Shown here: piece by piece, positions 1 to 10,653 of the stretch
Numbering within the stretch: position 1 is the first letter of the stretch
Layout: each line of letters starts with the position of its first letter
Origin: Azolla caroliniana
Lineage: Eukaryota; Plantae; Polypodiophyta
Direction of reading: 5' to 3'
Length of the DNA stretch: 64,000 bases
Assembly (NCBI GenBank): GCA_043228905.1
Contig: JBHGNT010000022.1
Coordinates: 11,780,001-11,844,000 of the forward strand
The notes under the pieces: model-generated
What the model saw: only the letters and a program-made list of their open reading frames with translations
Databases searched by the model: none
Told to the model about the DNA's origin: nothing
Program-made: the position numbers and the translations under genes

Positions 1-68
1 AACTCCCAACTGGAATGCCAAACAGATGCCATTTTCTGATGCATATCATGCATGTTATATTGTTTTAG

Positions 69-598
69 GATCTCCAAGAACAAAATCAAAAGTGAAACGG
101 AAGTCTGAACTTGGAAATGGGCAAATTCAAGGCCAAGAGAAAGTTTCAACACCAGCATCCCAGGAAACTAAACAAATGCTCATAACTTTGGCTTCACAGC
201 CAAGTAAAGAATCAGACGTTCTGCAGCAGCATGATGATTTTGTAACTCGTCTTGGCTTTACCGACTCAAAAAAGCTTATTGTTGTTATCTGCATATTGGC
301 AGTATTGGTACTCATACAGACAGGGATTATTATAACTCTATCAAGTTCATCAAAGGTGCAATATGTACCCATTAGCCTACAAAAGCGTGCCACAGTTTAC
401 TATGAGTCATTTGCTGGGAATTCTCAACGACGTGATTTAACATGGCTGGAAGATTCTGCAAGGCTATTGGAAGAAGAAATAAACATAGCAGAGGCACGAA
501 TAGAGAGTTTGCAGAATTCCTTGGGTATCTTGAAAAGCAATTTCAAGTTGGTTGAGAAGTCGGTTTATAATTCAGGATTAGCTCCTGAGATCACTTGA
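69..598 (+). CDS. VAD1: Last exon of a VAD1-like (GRAM/VASt-domain, C-terminal TM + coiled coil) gene; upstream exons lie outside the window
   Basis: Acceptor ttttag at 63-68. TM segment LIVVICILAVLVLIQTGIIITL is followed by WLEDSARLLEEEINIAEARIESLQ, resembling the VAD1 C-terminus. Identical exon at 37374-37903 follows VASt exons. Confidence 0.8.
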
Positions 599-1533
599 AA
601 TCCTAGCTAAAAATGCAGAAGCATTTATACAAAATCCACTAATCACTGTCCATGGCACATATCTTCCCTCTGTTGATCGAAGCATTTATACAAAATCTCT
701 GAATCAGTATCCACATCAATCTGTCTCTTTGCTGAGAAAATATTCGAGATTGACGGAAGGGGTTTTCAAGGATTGCTATCCAAATGATGATGTTTTTTCT
801 TCTGATAGTCTTAATACAACCATCACTGTACAAAGTCAATAAGCATGACTCAAATATCATTGTGCATTGTATCCATGACATCTCTAAATACCTTGTTCAT
901 TGTTTTTCAAATGCTTCTCCTTTGAACATCAGAAGACATTCGATGCAACAGCTTTCTTGACAAAGAGATAAAGGGGAAACTTCATGCATCTGTTTTTATA
1001 GAGTAAATGTTTTGCATTTTGGGCACTGCGAGCAATCACCACAATTGTACCAAGAGCTTTTTAATTCAACAAAAGCTTAAAACCTCATCATCAATTTTTT
1101 TGTGGTGACATTCTCATCATGGTCTATGTAGTATAATAATAATAATAATATTTGTACGTAACCACCCGATTCTCATTTTCGAAAAACTAAGCCTCGACTT
1201 CTGTCATGGCACTGAAGCTTCACTACCTGGACGTTTTGTTTGATTATATTCTTGGTCTTTTATACCTGATTGTGTGATTGAACGTTCCGGAAATTTTCAA
1301 ACTTCTCATGTTTGTGAAGATGCACGATGAGCTGATTCATGCTTTGTGGTGTTTAGGTTCAAGTGATTTCCTAACTATCGCAAATGCATGGGCATGGTTT
1401 ACTTGATAAAAGACTTTATTTATTTATTTGACATTTGTAACCTCTCCATTAATATCACAGAGCAACATGAGATATTGGTCTTTTCACATGGGATATCGAT
1501 GATGAGAAGGAGTTTCCATACCCACAATTATGG

Positions 1534-1661
1534 CATCATGTAATAATTTGCATCTTGTATATAATTCTTTGTTCATCATGTGATAATTTGCATCCTGTAT
1601 ATAATTCTTTGTTCATCATGTGATAATTTGCATCCTGTATATAATTCTTTGTTCATCATGT
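1534..1661. repeat. 40-bp tandem repeat x3.2
   Basis: CATCATGTGATAATTTGCATCCTGTATATAATTCTTTGTT repeated three times plus a partial unit. Confidence 0.95.
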
Positions 1662-2259
1662 CATACATGCAAGTATTATATTGGAAATTACTCCTAAATT
1701 AAAGCATGATGTCTTGCTTTTCACAATGTAGGTGTATGAAGATGAGTTGACACAACATGCACACACTCTCACACGAAACTATGATTTCACAAATTATAAC
1801 TAGGTGTTCTAGGTTTTCCAAAATATTATAAAGAACAAGGGAAAATTATATAAGTAAGTGAACTTTTATAAAAGTGGGAACATTATATAATATATATGTG
1901 CATACATACATCTGTTTGTTTTGGGTTTTGTCTTTTTATTGTTCATGAATACTTTATAACATAGTTTCATGATGGTACAACACGATACTTTCTGATCGGG
2001 AATTATGTAGTTCCAAAAATCATGGAGCACTTTGAAATTGTTACTTTCTCAAATTTGCATGCTCGTGATTGGGAAAAGGGTTAAAATATGGAAGATGATC
2101 GAGATATGCCAAATATGCAATGACCACGTGCAAATATCGAGGTTTTTTTGGACACTAATACAAGTATTATTGAACTGTGGCTTAGATACGATGAAGAGAA
2201 CACAATTAGTTTGAAATCATAATTGAAATCATAAGCCTACAAAGAAGTGTGGACTCATT

Positions 2260-2907
2260 CACTTAACAATCGATGTCGGTTGCCTATTTTCATGGGGATT
2301 AACAATGTGGGGAGCATTACATTCCAGTTTGATGTTGTATGAGGCAAACGATGTTCAAGAGGCAATGATGGTACATAATAGAATATTGATATTGGTCAGC
2401 CCCTTTCAACAACCTCGAAAGCAGGTGTGATCTGTCCAGATATGGAAAACAATGACTACAATAACGTTATGGGCATTATGGAAATGTCGATGCAACCGAC
2501 GTTATGATGCAACATATCAGTGTCTCTCAGATGTCTTGCGTGAGATATGGGAGAACTTGGTGGCAGTAGTCCGCAGCCAGTATGACAACATGCAGGGTTC
2601 ACCAGAGATTGTGAATAAGAGAAAGAAGAAGCTCCTTCACTTACGGAAAAAGTTACCCCTATTTTTTGAGTCAACTGAAGGGCCTCAATGGAACTATCAA
2701 CTTCCATGGACCCTTTCTTGAATATCAGTGAAGCATGGCAAAGTGCAACAATAAATTTTTATACCTTTTATAAAGTTCTAGCTTTGGTCTTAGGATTATT
2801 GTATATCATTTTACATGAAAATTGTAAGCTTTTGGGCACATAAGCTTAAGTTATAGCATTCACATGTTTTTCTTAATACTAATGAGGAAAATCTTTGAAG
2901 AAAAAAG
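2260..2907 (+). mobile_element. 5'-truncated LINE (3' end of ORF2 + 3'UTR)
   Basis: 18-bp TSD AAGAAGTGTGGACTCATT (2242-2259 / 2908-2925) and an A-rich tail. Peptide ITLWALWKCRCNRRY..LREIW..SQYD is homologous to the LINE at 22296. Confidence 0.8.
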
Positions 2908-3491
2908 AAGAAGTGTGGACTCATTAAAAGGGTAAAGACACATGAGAGAAATATAGACATGGGTACCACATTGGGCATCATTATAAAGCCTCTTGTCAAT
3001 ACACATCTAAACACCACCAACACAACCATTGGAAAAACTTTCACACTCAATACTAACCCAAAACACAGTAGCCTATTTTCCGTTACTTAATTGCAAGATA
3101 AAATTCAATGGCAAGGAATTCTAACTCAAGTTACCTCCTTTTGTCCCCTTTCGTGAAATCAAGGCTCGTTTGTGATTTGAGCACCTCGGTAGCTTTGATT
3201 TTGGCCTCTTCACTCCAAAAACCTCAATCTCACTATGTCCACACACACACATTGATGTAAATGTCTTCTCAAACCCCTAGGTTAATTACAATATCAGTTG
3301 ACAATTAAGCTTGTTTGCAACAACAAAAAGCTTCAAAAACAAAGAATGATATTATTCATGCAAAGGGGATCTTGTCAAATAGGATGGTTAAAAACTAACG
3401 GAATAATAATTAGTAAACAATGTTGGGGAGGCGAGGTTCTGGACAAGTCAAAAACATACATGCAAAAAAATGAAGATCGTGTGTTCTTAAA

Positions 3492-4604
3492 TCAACAAGA
3501 TATCGTATGTTTGCGATGCCCATTGTCGTGATTGAGTCCGTAACGACATGTTTTGAAGGACCACTGAAGCGTGCCGGACATACACGACACCATCGTCGCC
3601 AAGTACGCATTGAGCTTCGGCTCCCTTTGTATCAACTCCTCCTTCCGTTGTATGGCATCAACTACTTGTGCACAATGAGCATCTACACAATCCATCATAT
3701 CCACCACAACTTCCACCGCATTCTGGAAGGACCCGAATGCACCGCTCTCGTACATGACCCACGGAAGGTTGAAATTGTAACCGAGGGACGCCTCCATGTG
3801 GCACGACACGATGTCGTTGCACATACATATGTAGTCTAAAACAAGGTCTCGGAACTCCTCGACGAGCTGGTGGAGATGGATGGGATCCTCATCTAGGCTT
3901 AACATGTAGAGGACTAGCTCGAAACCCACAAGGAAGCCCGAGGAATGCCGGCGAATAGCCATATATTCCTCCATGTTCTTGTTCATATCGCCTCCCTCCT
4001 CGTGCCGCCAAAATGCTCGATTGCTTGTGGGCTGAAGGCAGACGGCATGAAGATGATCTTGCATGACCAATATGAAGCGTGACCGCACTTGTGGGACAAG
4101 CCGAGATTACATCTTGCCCCATAGTTCCCCCAATGCATCTAACATGATTAAGCTCTGGGCATGGCAGTCACTCAAATTGTCGAAAAGTACGACATTGCTA
4201 GGAGATTGTGGGTCGCGGAGTTTAGAAAGAACCAATTGTGCCCAAACATTGGTGGTAGATGGAGGACCATGATCATGAGACCCCATGAAACCATGATCTT
4301 CGGTACCGAGTAACAAGGGGCCATTGTCTTCTATGTCGTCTGACAAGAACAACCAAGCAATGAACTTGATGATGGTTTCAAGATCTCGGAGGTCGGTTGC
4401 TTCCGCAAAAAGGATGAGACAATAGAGGAGACAATAGAGGATGAGACAATAGAGGAGGAGCTGCTCAGAACCGGGGCGAGCCAAGTTAAGGATCCATGAC
4501 TCACACACCATCCTCACACTCTCATATTGTGGGTGCAATTTGGCGGGGAACGAGCATCGGATTGGCGGCAATGTGAAACTGGTACTGCAAGTTGGGATGA
4601 CCAT
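3492..4604 (-). pseudogene. Microbial-type terpene synthase-like (MTPSL) pseudogene, short form without N-terminal extension
   Basis: ORFs 4107..4634 and 3492..4088 share a frame and are split by one stop (TCA>TAA, 4107-4109). Motifs DDIED, RRHSSG, NDIVSCHME, WSFKTCRY. ATG at 4604. Intronless. Confidence 0.9.
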
Positions 4605-4913
4605 TGAGGAGGATACTCTAAAGGTTGATGCCAAAATGTCTATATATTATTGATAGGTATATGTTGAAAATATGGTTGTGTTGGTGCTTTTGAGATGTAC
4701 TATGTCGATTTATGTATAGATCACATTTTGAGAGTCCATTTATAATAATACCAAATGAGGTACCTATGTCTATATTGTCTCATGTGTCTTTCCCTTTTCT
4801 AATGAGTCCAAAGAGTTCCATATGACTTTTGTAGCCTTAAATTCCAATTATGACATGATTAATAGATTTCACAATTCTCGTGGTCCGTAATGCCATGTTT
4901 CCACTTGCTTGTA

Positions 4914-5215
4914 GTATTGCGGGTGCAATTTCATGGGGAATGAGCATCTAATGTGAAACCGGTACCGCAAGTTGGGATCCATGAGTCGCATTAGGTCCTC
5001 ATGGTGCTCTCGGCATTAAGTTGGGCCGCTCAAACGAGTGCTTGATGGGCGGGAGTGTGTCACCAGGAGCTTGTATCCAAGGATCGCGCTCCGTCTGGTG
5101 CAATCCAGAGGAGGCTTGGGCAATTTTAAGTTGAGACCGGTAGCTTGGATCTGCCGCCATGGCTAAGATTCGACTACGGCCAACCTCACCCCAACATTCA
5201 TGAGATTATTACCAT
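4914..5215 (-). pseudogene. Degenerate 5' stub of another MTPSL paralog (N-terminal extension to ...FPMKLHPQ)
   Basis: Reverse complement aligns with gaps to 31895-32315 (cctcaatgg..aataatct; gactcatggatcccaacttgcggtaccggtttcac; aaattgcacccgcaat). No intact ORF. Confidence 0.7.
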
Positions 5216-5333
5216 TGAGGATATGTACTCTCAAATTGATCCCAAATTTACTAATAGATATGGTGAGAGCTTTTGATGGATATGATTGTGTTGGTGTTGG
5301 TGTACGGTTATGGAGGTAGAGCTTCTTGCTTTG

Positions 5334-8300
5334 TGTAAGGAATAGACCCTTCTATTCACCTTCTTCACTCGGCCACAACCGAGTAAGCGCGAATCGATGG
5401 AGCAGAAAATAGGAACCACACGGAGAAACAAAACGCGAGTACACAGGGATTAACGTGGAAAACCCTAGACGGGAAAAACCACGGGAGTACAAGACTCCAA
5501 ACCAACACTATACAGAGAAGTATACAATGGCGAGCTGCAAGGCGACGACCTTGAGCTCGCTGTCCTCGCCACAGGCGGCGGAAATACACAGAGGCGTCTA
5601 CCTCTTCCTCTCTCCGCTCTATCTCTCTCACGGCTGCTCTCTCTTCACTCCTCTAAAGTGGAAAAACAGAAAAAAATGAGAAGCAACAGTAAAACTGTTT
5701 GCCCTAAGTCATATTTATACTTATATGACTTTGGGCTATTTACAACTGTAGCCTCAGGGGCCCATAGCGAACATATTCACGGATATGTCCCTGCATCCGG
5801 ATCGCTCTCCGGGTACATTCGTCATCCGGTACCGAAACCGGGGTCTTCGTCATCCGGATCCGAAACCGAAACCGGGCTTGTCGGCATTCATCTCCGATAT
5901 CCGACCATCCCATCCGAAGGGACCGTAATCCCAACAAACTCCCCCTTCACTTCGGCATGGGATGTCTCTCCAATCCGATCCTCTTCCGGCATGCTTCCAG
6001 CTTGTCGGGTGTGAGCACCTTGGTCAGCATATCCGACCCGTTCTCGTCCGTGTGGATCTTTGTCAGCACGAACTCCTTGTCTTCTATCCTTTCCCGGATC
6101 CAGTGATATCTTCGCTGGATGTGCTTCGTCCGGGAGTGATAGGCCGCGTTCTTCGCAAGGTGGATTGCACTCTGACTGTCGCAGTAGAGTCGGTACTCCT
6201 CCTGTTGGATACCGAGCTCTCTAATGAAGTCCTTCATCCATATTATTTCCTTGCCGGCTTCAACAGCCGCCATGTACTCCGCCTCCGTGGTTGACAACGC
6301 AACCGTCTTCTGCAGCCTCGACTGCCATGAAACAGCTCCCCCTGCATACGTCATCACATACCCTGATGTGGACCGGCTGGTATCTGCATCAGCCGACATA
6401 TCCGAATCGGTAAAGCCGTCGAGTTCGGGCTTTCCGGAGCCGAATCGGAGGCACACGTTTGCCGTGCCCTTCAGGTATCGGAGTATCCACTTGGCCGCGT
6501 TCCAATGCTCTTTGCCGGGATTGCTCATGTACCGGCTCACCACTCCGACTGCATATCTGATGTCCGGTCTCGTACACACCATGGCGTACATCAAGCTCCC
6601 GACGGCTGAGGCATACGGTACTTTCATCATATCCTCCTTTTCAGCCTTTGTCTTGGGACTTTGCTTGCTGGACAGCTTGCAGTTTGTCGGGAGGGTCGAT
6701 CCGACCGGTCTTGCTTCCGACATGTTGAACCGGTGAAGCACCTTCGTCACGTACTTCTCCTGTGACAGCCACAACTGCTTCTTCTTCCGGTCCCGGATGA
6801 TGTGCATCCCTAGTATTTGCCTCGCCGGACCCAGGTCCTTCATTGAGAAGGTTCGGTGAAGAGCCTTCTTCAGCATCCGTATCTTGACCTGATCCCGTCC
6901 GACGATCAACATGTCGTCCACGTACAGGAGGAGTATTAGAGAGTCTCCTTCTTCGAACTTCTTCACAAACACGCAGTGGTCGGACTGCGTTTTGAGGTAC
7001 CCTTCGTCGGTCATGAAGGAGTCGAACTTCCGGTACCATTGCCGGGGAGCCTGCTTCAGTCCGTAAAGGCTCTTCTTCAACCGGCATACCAGGTGCTCCT
7101 TCCCTTTCTTCTCGAATCCTTCCGGTTGCTGCATGTAGATCTCTTCTTCGAGGTCACCGTGAAGGAATGCCGTCTTCACGTCCATCTGTTCTACCTCGAG
7201 GTCCATGCTTGCCGCTATGCTCAGCACCGTTCGGATGGAGGTCATCTTCACTACCGGAGCAAATATCTCGTCGAAGTCGACGCCCTTCTTCTGCTGAAAC
7301 CCCTTCACCACGATCCTGGCTTTGTATCTCGGGGGGTTTCCGGCATCTCCCGGTTTCAGCTTGAACACCCACTTGTTTCGAAGTGCCCGCTTTCCTTTCG
7401 GCAACTCCACAAGTTCATATGTGTGGTTCTCATGCAGGGAATCCATCTCGTCCTGCATGGCACTCAACCACCTGCGGCTCTGGGTGTCATGCTTTGCTTC
7501 TTCAAAGCTCTCCGGCTCCCCCTCGTCGGTTAGCAGCACGTGCTCTGGTTCCGGAAATCTCCGGGGGGCCCTTCTCTCTCTTAGAGGATATCTCCGTTCC
7601 GGAGCTTCGGTAACCGGTTCTTCCGATTCTTCTTCATCCGAATCCATTTCGGGATCGGGGCCGGTTCCGGTATCATTTTCGTCTTCTTCGGCCGGTTCGG
7701 TTTCTTCACCGTCTTCGGCCGGATCCTCGAGTGCTAACCGGTCCCTTGCCGGTCGGGACTGCTCCTCGTAGAGTTTATCCTCACCGGTTGACTTGGAGCT
7801 CTTCATCTTCTTCTCCGACTCCCAGTCGGCGAGTGTCTTGTCCTCCATGAAGATGATGTCTCGACTCCTGAATATCTTCTTGTCAACCGGGTCCCATACT
7901 CGGTAGCCGAACTCGTCGTCGCCGTATCCGAGGAATATGCATGGCCGGGTCTTTGGATCTAGCTTTCCTCTCCGGTCCTTTGCCACATGCACGTATGCGA
8001 GACACCCGAACACCTTCAGATGCCGGTAGGATACTTCCCTACCGGTCCACACTCTCTGCGGCGTGTCTCCGTCCAAAGGTACTGAGGGTGATCTGTTTAT
8101 CACGTATGTCGCCGTCGACATCGCCTCAGCCCAAAAACCCTTGGGTAATTCCGCATGCGCCAGCATACTCCGGACCCTCTCCATTATGGTCCGGTTCATC
8201 CTCTCAGCCAGCCCGTTCAGTTCCGGCGTCTTCGGCACAGTAAACTCGAGTCGGATTCCCTTCGAGCGACAGTACTCCTGGAACTGCCCCCGGTATTCCC

Positions 8301-10653
8301 CTCCATTATCCGCTCGTATCGCTTTCAGCTTCTTGCCGGATTCCCTTTCCACTCTCGCGTGGAGTTCTTTGAAGACGCACAACACTTGGTCCTTTGTCTT
8401 CATCGGTGCCGTCCACAGCTTCCGGCTGTGGTCATCAATGAATGTCACGAAGTACTGGGCTCCGCCATGTGACTTCGTTTCTACTTGACACACATCAGTG
8501 TGTACCAACTCCAATGGTACACTACGTCTCTTCGGTGGCCTTGAGTGGAAGGAGGCTCGGTTCTGCTTACCGGCCAGGCAATCGGTGCACTTCTCCAGGT
8601 GCACGTGCTTCACTGGAATAAGGTTGTCTTCTGCAAGCCTCTTCATCCCCTTCTCACTCATGTGGCACAGTCTTTTGTGCCACAGCTCACCGGCAGTGTC
8701 GGCTGCCACATTCAGCTCTTCCGGACATAACCAGGCATTCATCAAGTACAGTGTGTTGACCTTCCGGGCCCGAGCCACTATCAAGCTCCCCTTGCTGAAC
8801 TTCATGACACCGTTCCGGATGCTACCCGTGTAGCCTTCATCATCTAGCCTCCCGGCCGAAATCAGGTTCAGTCGGACCTCCGGAACGTGTCGGACATTCT
8901 TCAGCAGCATTTTGCATCCGGTCGGGGTTGTCAACCACACGTCTCCTATGCCGGCAATCCGGCACGTACCTTCGTTTCCCATCCGAACACAGCCATGCTC
9001 GCCGGCTGTGTAGGATGAGAAGTATCTTCTCTCCGGGGTCAGGTGGAACGATGCTCCGGAATCGACCACCCAGGTCGTCTCATCGCCGGCAATGTTTAGT
9101 TCACCTTCTTCGGTGATGAGCATGATCTCCTCTTCACTTGCCGCGAGTGCCGTCGTTCCTTTCCGGTCCTGTCCTCGCCGATCCGAACCATTTCGGTCCG
9201 TGGCTCCCCGGTATGCACCGTTTCTCTCCGGTGACTTCTTCGAATCGGTGTTGTCGGTTCCATTGTCCTTTCGGTAATGCCGACAATTCTTTCGGAAGTG
9301 CCCGGGCTTCCCACAGTGGAAGCATGTGGGCCTTCCTCTTGACTGCGACCGGGTCCCCGACTTCTCCCGTCTTTGCGGACTCCGGTTCCATTGTCTTCCC
9401 CGATCCGATTCGGTAAACAACATCTTCGGGTCGGAGGCCGGTTCCTTATCTCTCCGACGCGCTTCTTCATTCAAAATACTTGTCTTTACCGTTTGTAAGG
9501 ACAAGTTATCTTCGGCGCAGGAGGTGCTGAGAGTTACCACCAAGTTCTCCCAGCTTTCCGGCAATGTACACATCAGGATGATGGCTTGCATTGCATCCTC
9601 CAACGGGAACTTGATCGCCGCAAGCTGATTCACGAGTCCCATGAACGTGCTTACGTGTTCCACCATACTCTCGCCATCCCGGTACTTGAGATTCACTATC
9701 TTCCTCATCAGGGAGGTTCGGTTCAACGCATTCTTCCTCTCATAGAGGCCCGACAGCTTCCGCCACATCTCATATGCGTTGGTGTCGTTCGCCACATGTT
9801 GTAGAACGCTCACGTCGACGTATTGCCGAATGGTTGCAACGGCTTTCCGGTTCAGAAGCCTCCATTCCGACTCAAGTACCCCCTTCGGTATTTCCGACCT
9901 GTCAATCGGTTCGTACAGGTCCCGAACAATCAGAAGATCCTCCATCTTGATCTTCCAGTCGGCGTAATTCTGTGCATTCAGCACCATCATCCCCGGCTGC
10001 CCGCTGCCGCCGCCTTCCATTTTCTGCAGCAGTTCGCTCTGATACCAGTTTGTAAGGAATAGACCCTTCTATTCACCTTCTTCACTCGGCCACAACCGAG
10101 TAAGCGCGAATCGATGGAGCAGAAAATAGGAACCACACGGAGAAACAAAACGCGAGTACACAGGGATTAACGTGGAAAACCCTAGACGGGAAAAACCACG
10201 GGAGTACAAGACTCCAAACCAACACTATACAGAGAAGTATACAATGGCGAGCTGCAAGGCGACGACCTTGAGCTCGCTGTCCTCGCCACAGGCGGCGGAA
10301 ATACACAGAGGCGTCTACCTCTTCCTCTCTCCGCTCTATCTCTCTCACGGCTGCTCTCTCTTCACTCCTCTAAAGTGGAAAAACAGAAAAAAATGAGAAG
10401 CAACAGTAAAATTGTTTGCCCTAAGTCATATTTATACTTATATGACTTTGGGCTATTTACAACTGTAGCCTCAGGGGCCCATAGCGAACATATTCACGGA
10501 TATGTCCTTGCATCCGGATCGCTCTCCGGGTACATTCGTCATCCGGTACCGAAACCGGGGTCTTCGTCATCCGGATCCGAAACCGAAACCGGGCTTGTCG
10601 GCATTCATCTCCGATATCCGACCATCCCATCCGAAGGGACCGTAATCCCAACA
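5334..10653 (-). mobile_element. Intact young Ty1/copia LTR retrotransposon (Tnt1/Tork-like), unit A only
   Basis: 603-bp LTRs 5334-5936 and 10051-10653 (TG..CA, 2 visible mismatches). 5-bp TSD CTTTG, PBS TGGTATCAGAGC (tRNA-iMet, 10036-10047), PPT next to 5937. Empty site at 42634-42638. Confidence 0.98.
5947..10020 (-). CDS. Copia gag-pol polyprotein, 1357 aa, uninterrupted
   Basis: CCHC knuckle CFHCGKPGHFRKNC, protease VVDSGAS, GAG-pre-integrase WHKRLCH, integrase core, RT LYVDDML, RNase H DSDMS..TKHI, in copia order. Confidence 0.97.
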   Translation of the reverse strand: MEGGGSGQPGMMVLNAQNYADWKIKMEDLLIVRDLYEPIDRSEIPKGVLESEWRLLNRKAVATIRQYVDVSVLQHVANDTNAYEMWRKLSGLYERKNALNRTSLMRKIVNLKYRDGESMVEHVSTFMGLVNQLAAIKFPLEDAMQAIILMCTLPESWENLVVTLSTSCAEDNLSLQTVKTSILNEEARRRDKEPASDPKMLFTESDRGRQWNRSPQRREKSGTRSQSRGRPTCFHCGKPGHFRKNCRHYRKDNGTDNTDSKKSPERNGAYRGATDRNGSDRRGQDRKGTTALAASEEEIMLITEEGELNIAGDETTWVVDSGASFHLTPERRYFSSYTAGEHGCVRMGNEGTCRIAGIGDVWLTTPTGCKMLLKNVRHVPEVRLNLISAGRLDDEGYTGSIRNGVMKFSKGSLIVARARKVNTLYLMNAWLCPEELNVAADTAGELWHKRLCHMSEKGMKRLAEDNLIPVKHVHLEKCTDCLAGKQNRASFHSRPPKRRSVPLELVHTDVCQVETKSHGGAQYFVTFIDDHSRKLWTAPMKTKDQVLCVFKELHARVERESGKKLKAIRADNGGEYRGQFQEYCRSKGIRLEFTVPKTPELNGLAERMNRTIMERVRSMLAHAELPKGFWAEAMSTATYVINRSPSVPLDGDTPQRVWTGREVSYRHLKVFGCLAYVHVAKDRRGKLDPKTRPCIFLGYGDDEFGYRVWDPVDKKIFRSRDIIFMEDKTLADWESEKKMKSSKSTGEDKLYEEQSRPARDRLALEDPAEDGEETEPAEEDENDTGTGPDPEMDSDEEESEEPVTEAPERRYPLRERRAPRRFPEPEHVLLTDEGEPESFEEAKHDTQSRRWLSAMQDEMDSLHENHTYELVELPKGKRALRNKWVFKLKPGDAGNPPRYKARIVVKGFQQKKGVDFDEIFAPVVKMTSIRTVLSIAASMDLEVEQMDVKTAFLHGDLEEEIYMQQPEGFEKKGKEHLVCRLKKSLYGLKQAPRQWYRKFDSFMTDEGYLKTQSDHCVFVKKFEEGDSLILLLYVDDMLIVGRDQVKIRMLKKALHRTFSMKDLGPARQILGMHIIRDRKKKQLWLSQEKYVTKVLHRFNMSEARPVGSTLPTNCKLSSKQSPKTKAEKEDMMKVPYASAVGSLMYAMVCTRPDIRYAVGVVSRYMSNPGKEHWNAAKWILRYLKGTANVCLRFGSGKPELDGFTDSDMSADADTSRSTSGYVMTYAGGAVSWQSRLQKTVALSTTEAEYMAAVEAGKEIIWMKDFIRELGIQQEEYRLYCDSQSAIHLAKNAAYHSRTKHIQRRYHWIRERIEDKEFVLTKIHTDENGSDMLTKVLTPDKLEACRKRIGLERHPMPK

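Noticed and set aside
26-68. ORF-track starts at 26 and 37280 as a standalone 190/207-aa gene
   Set aside because: The N-terminal residues are intron sequence read through; the exon begins after the AG acceptor at 68 / 37373.
1534-1661. 40-bp repeats as a CRISPR-like array
   Set aside because: Head-to-tail units without unique spacers, eukaryotic context and no cas genes.
5962-10062. Many overlapping ORFs on both strands within copia-1, plus LTR ORFs
   Set aside because: Shadow frames of a GC-rich polyprotein gene and its LTRs; no recognisable domains.
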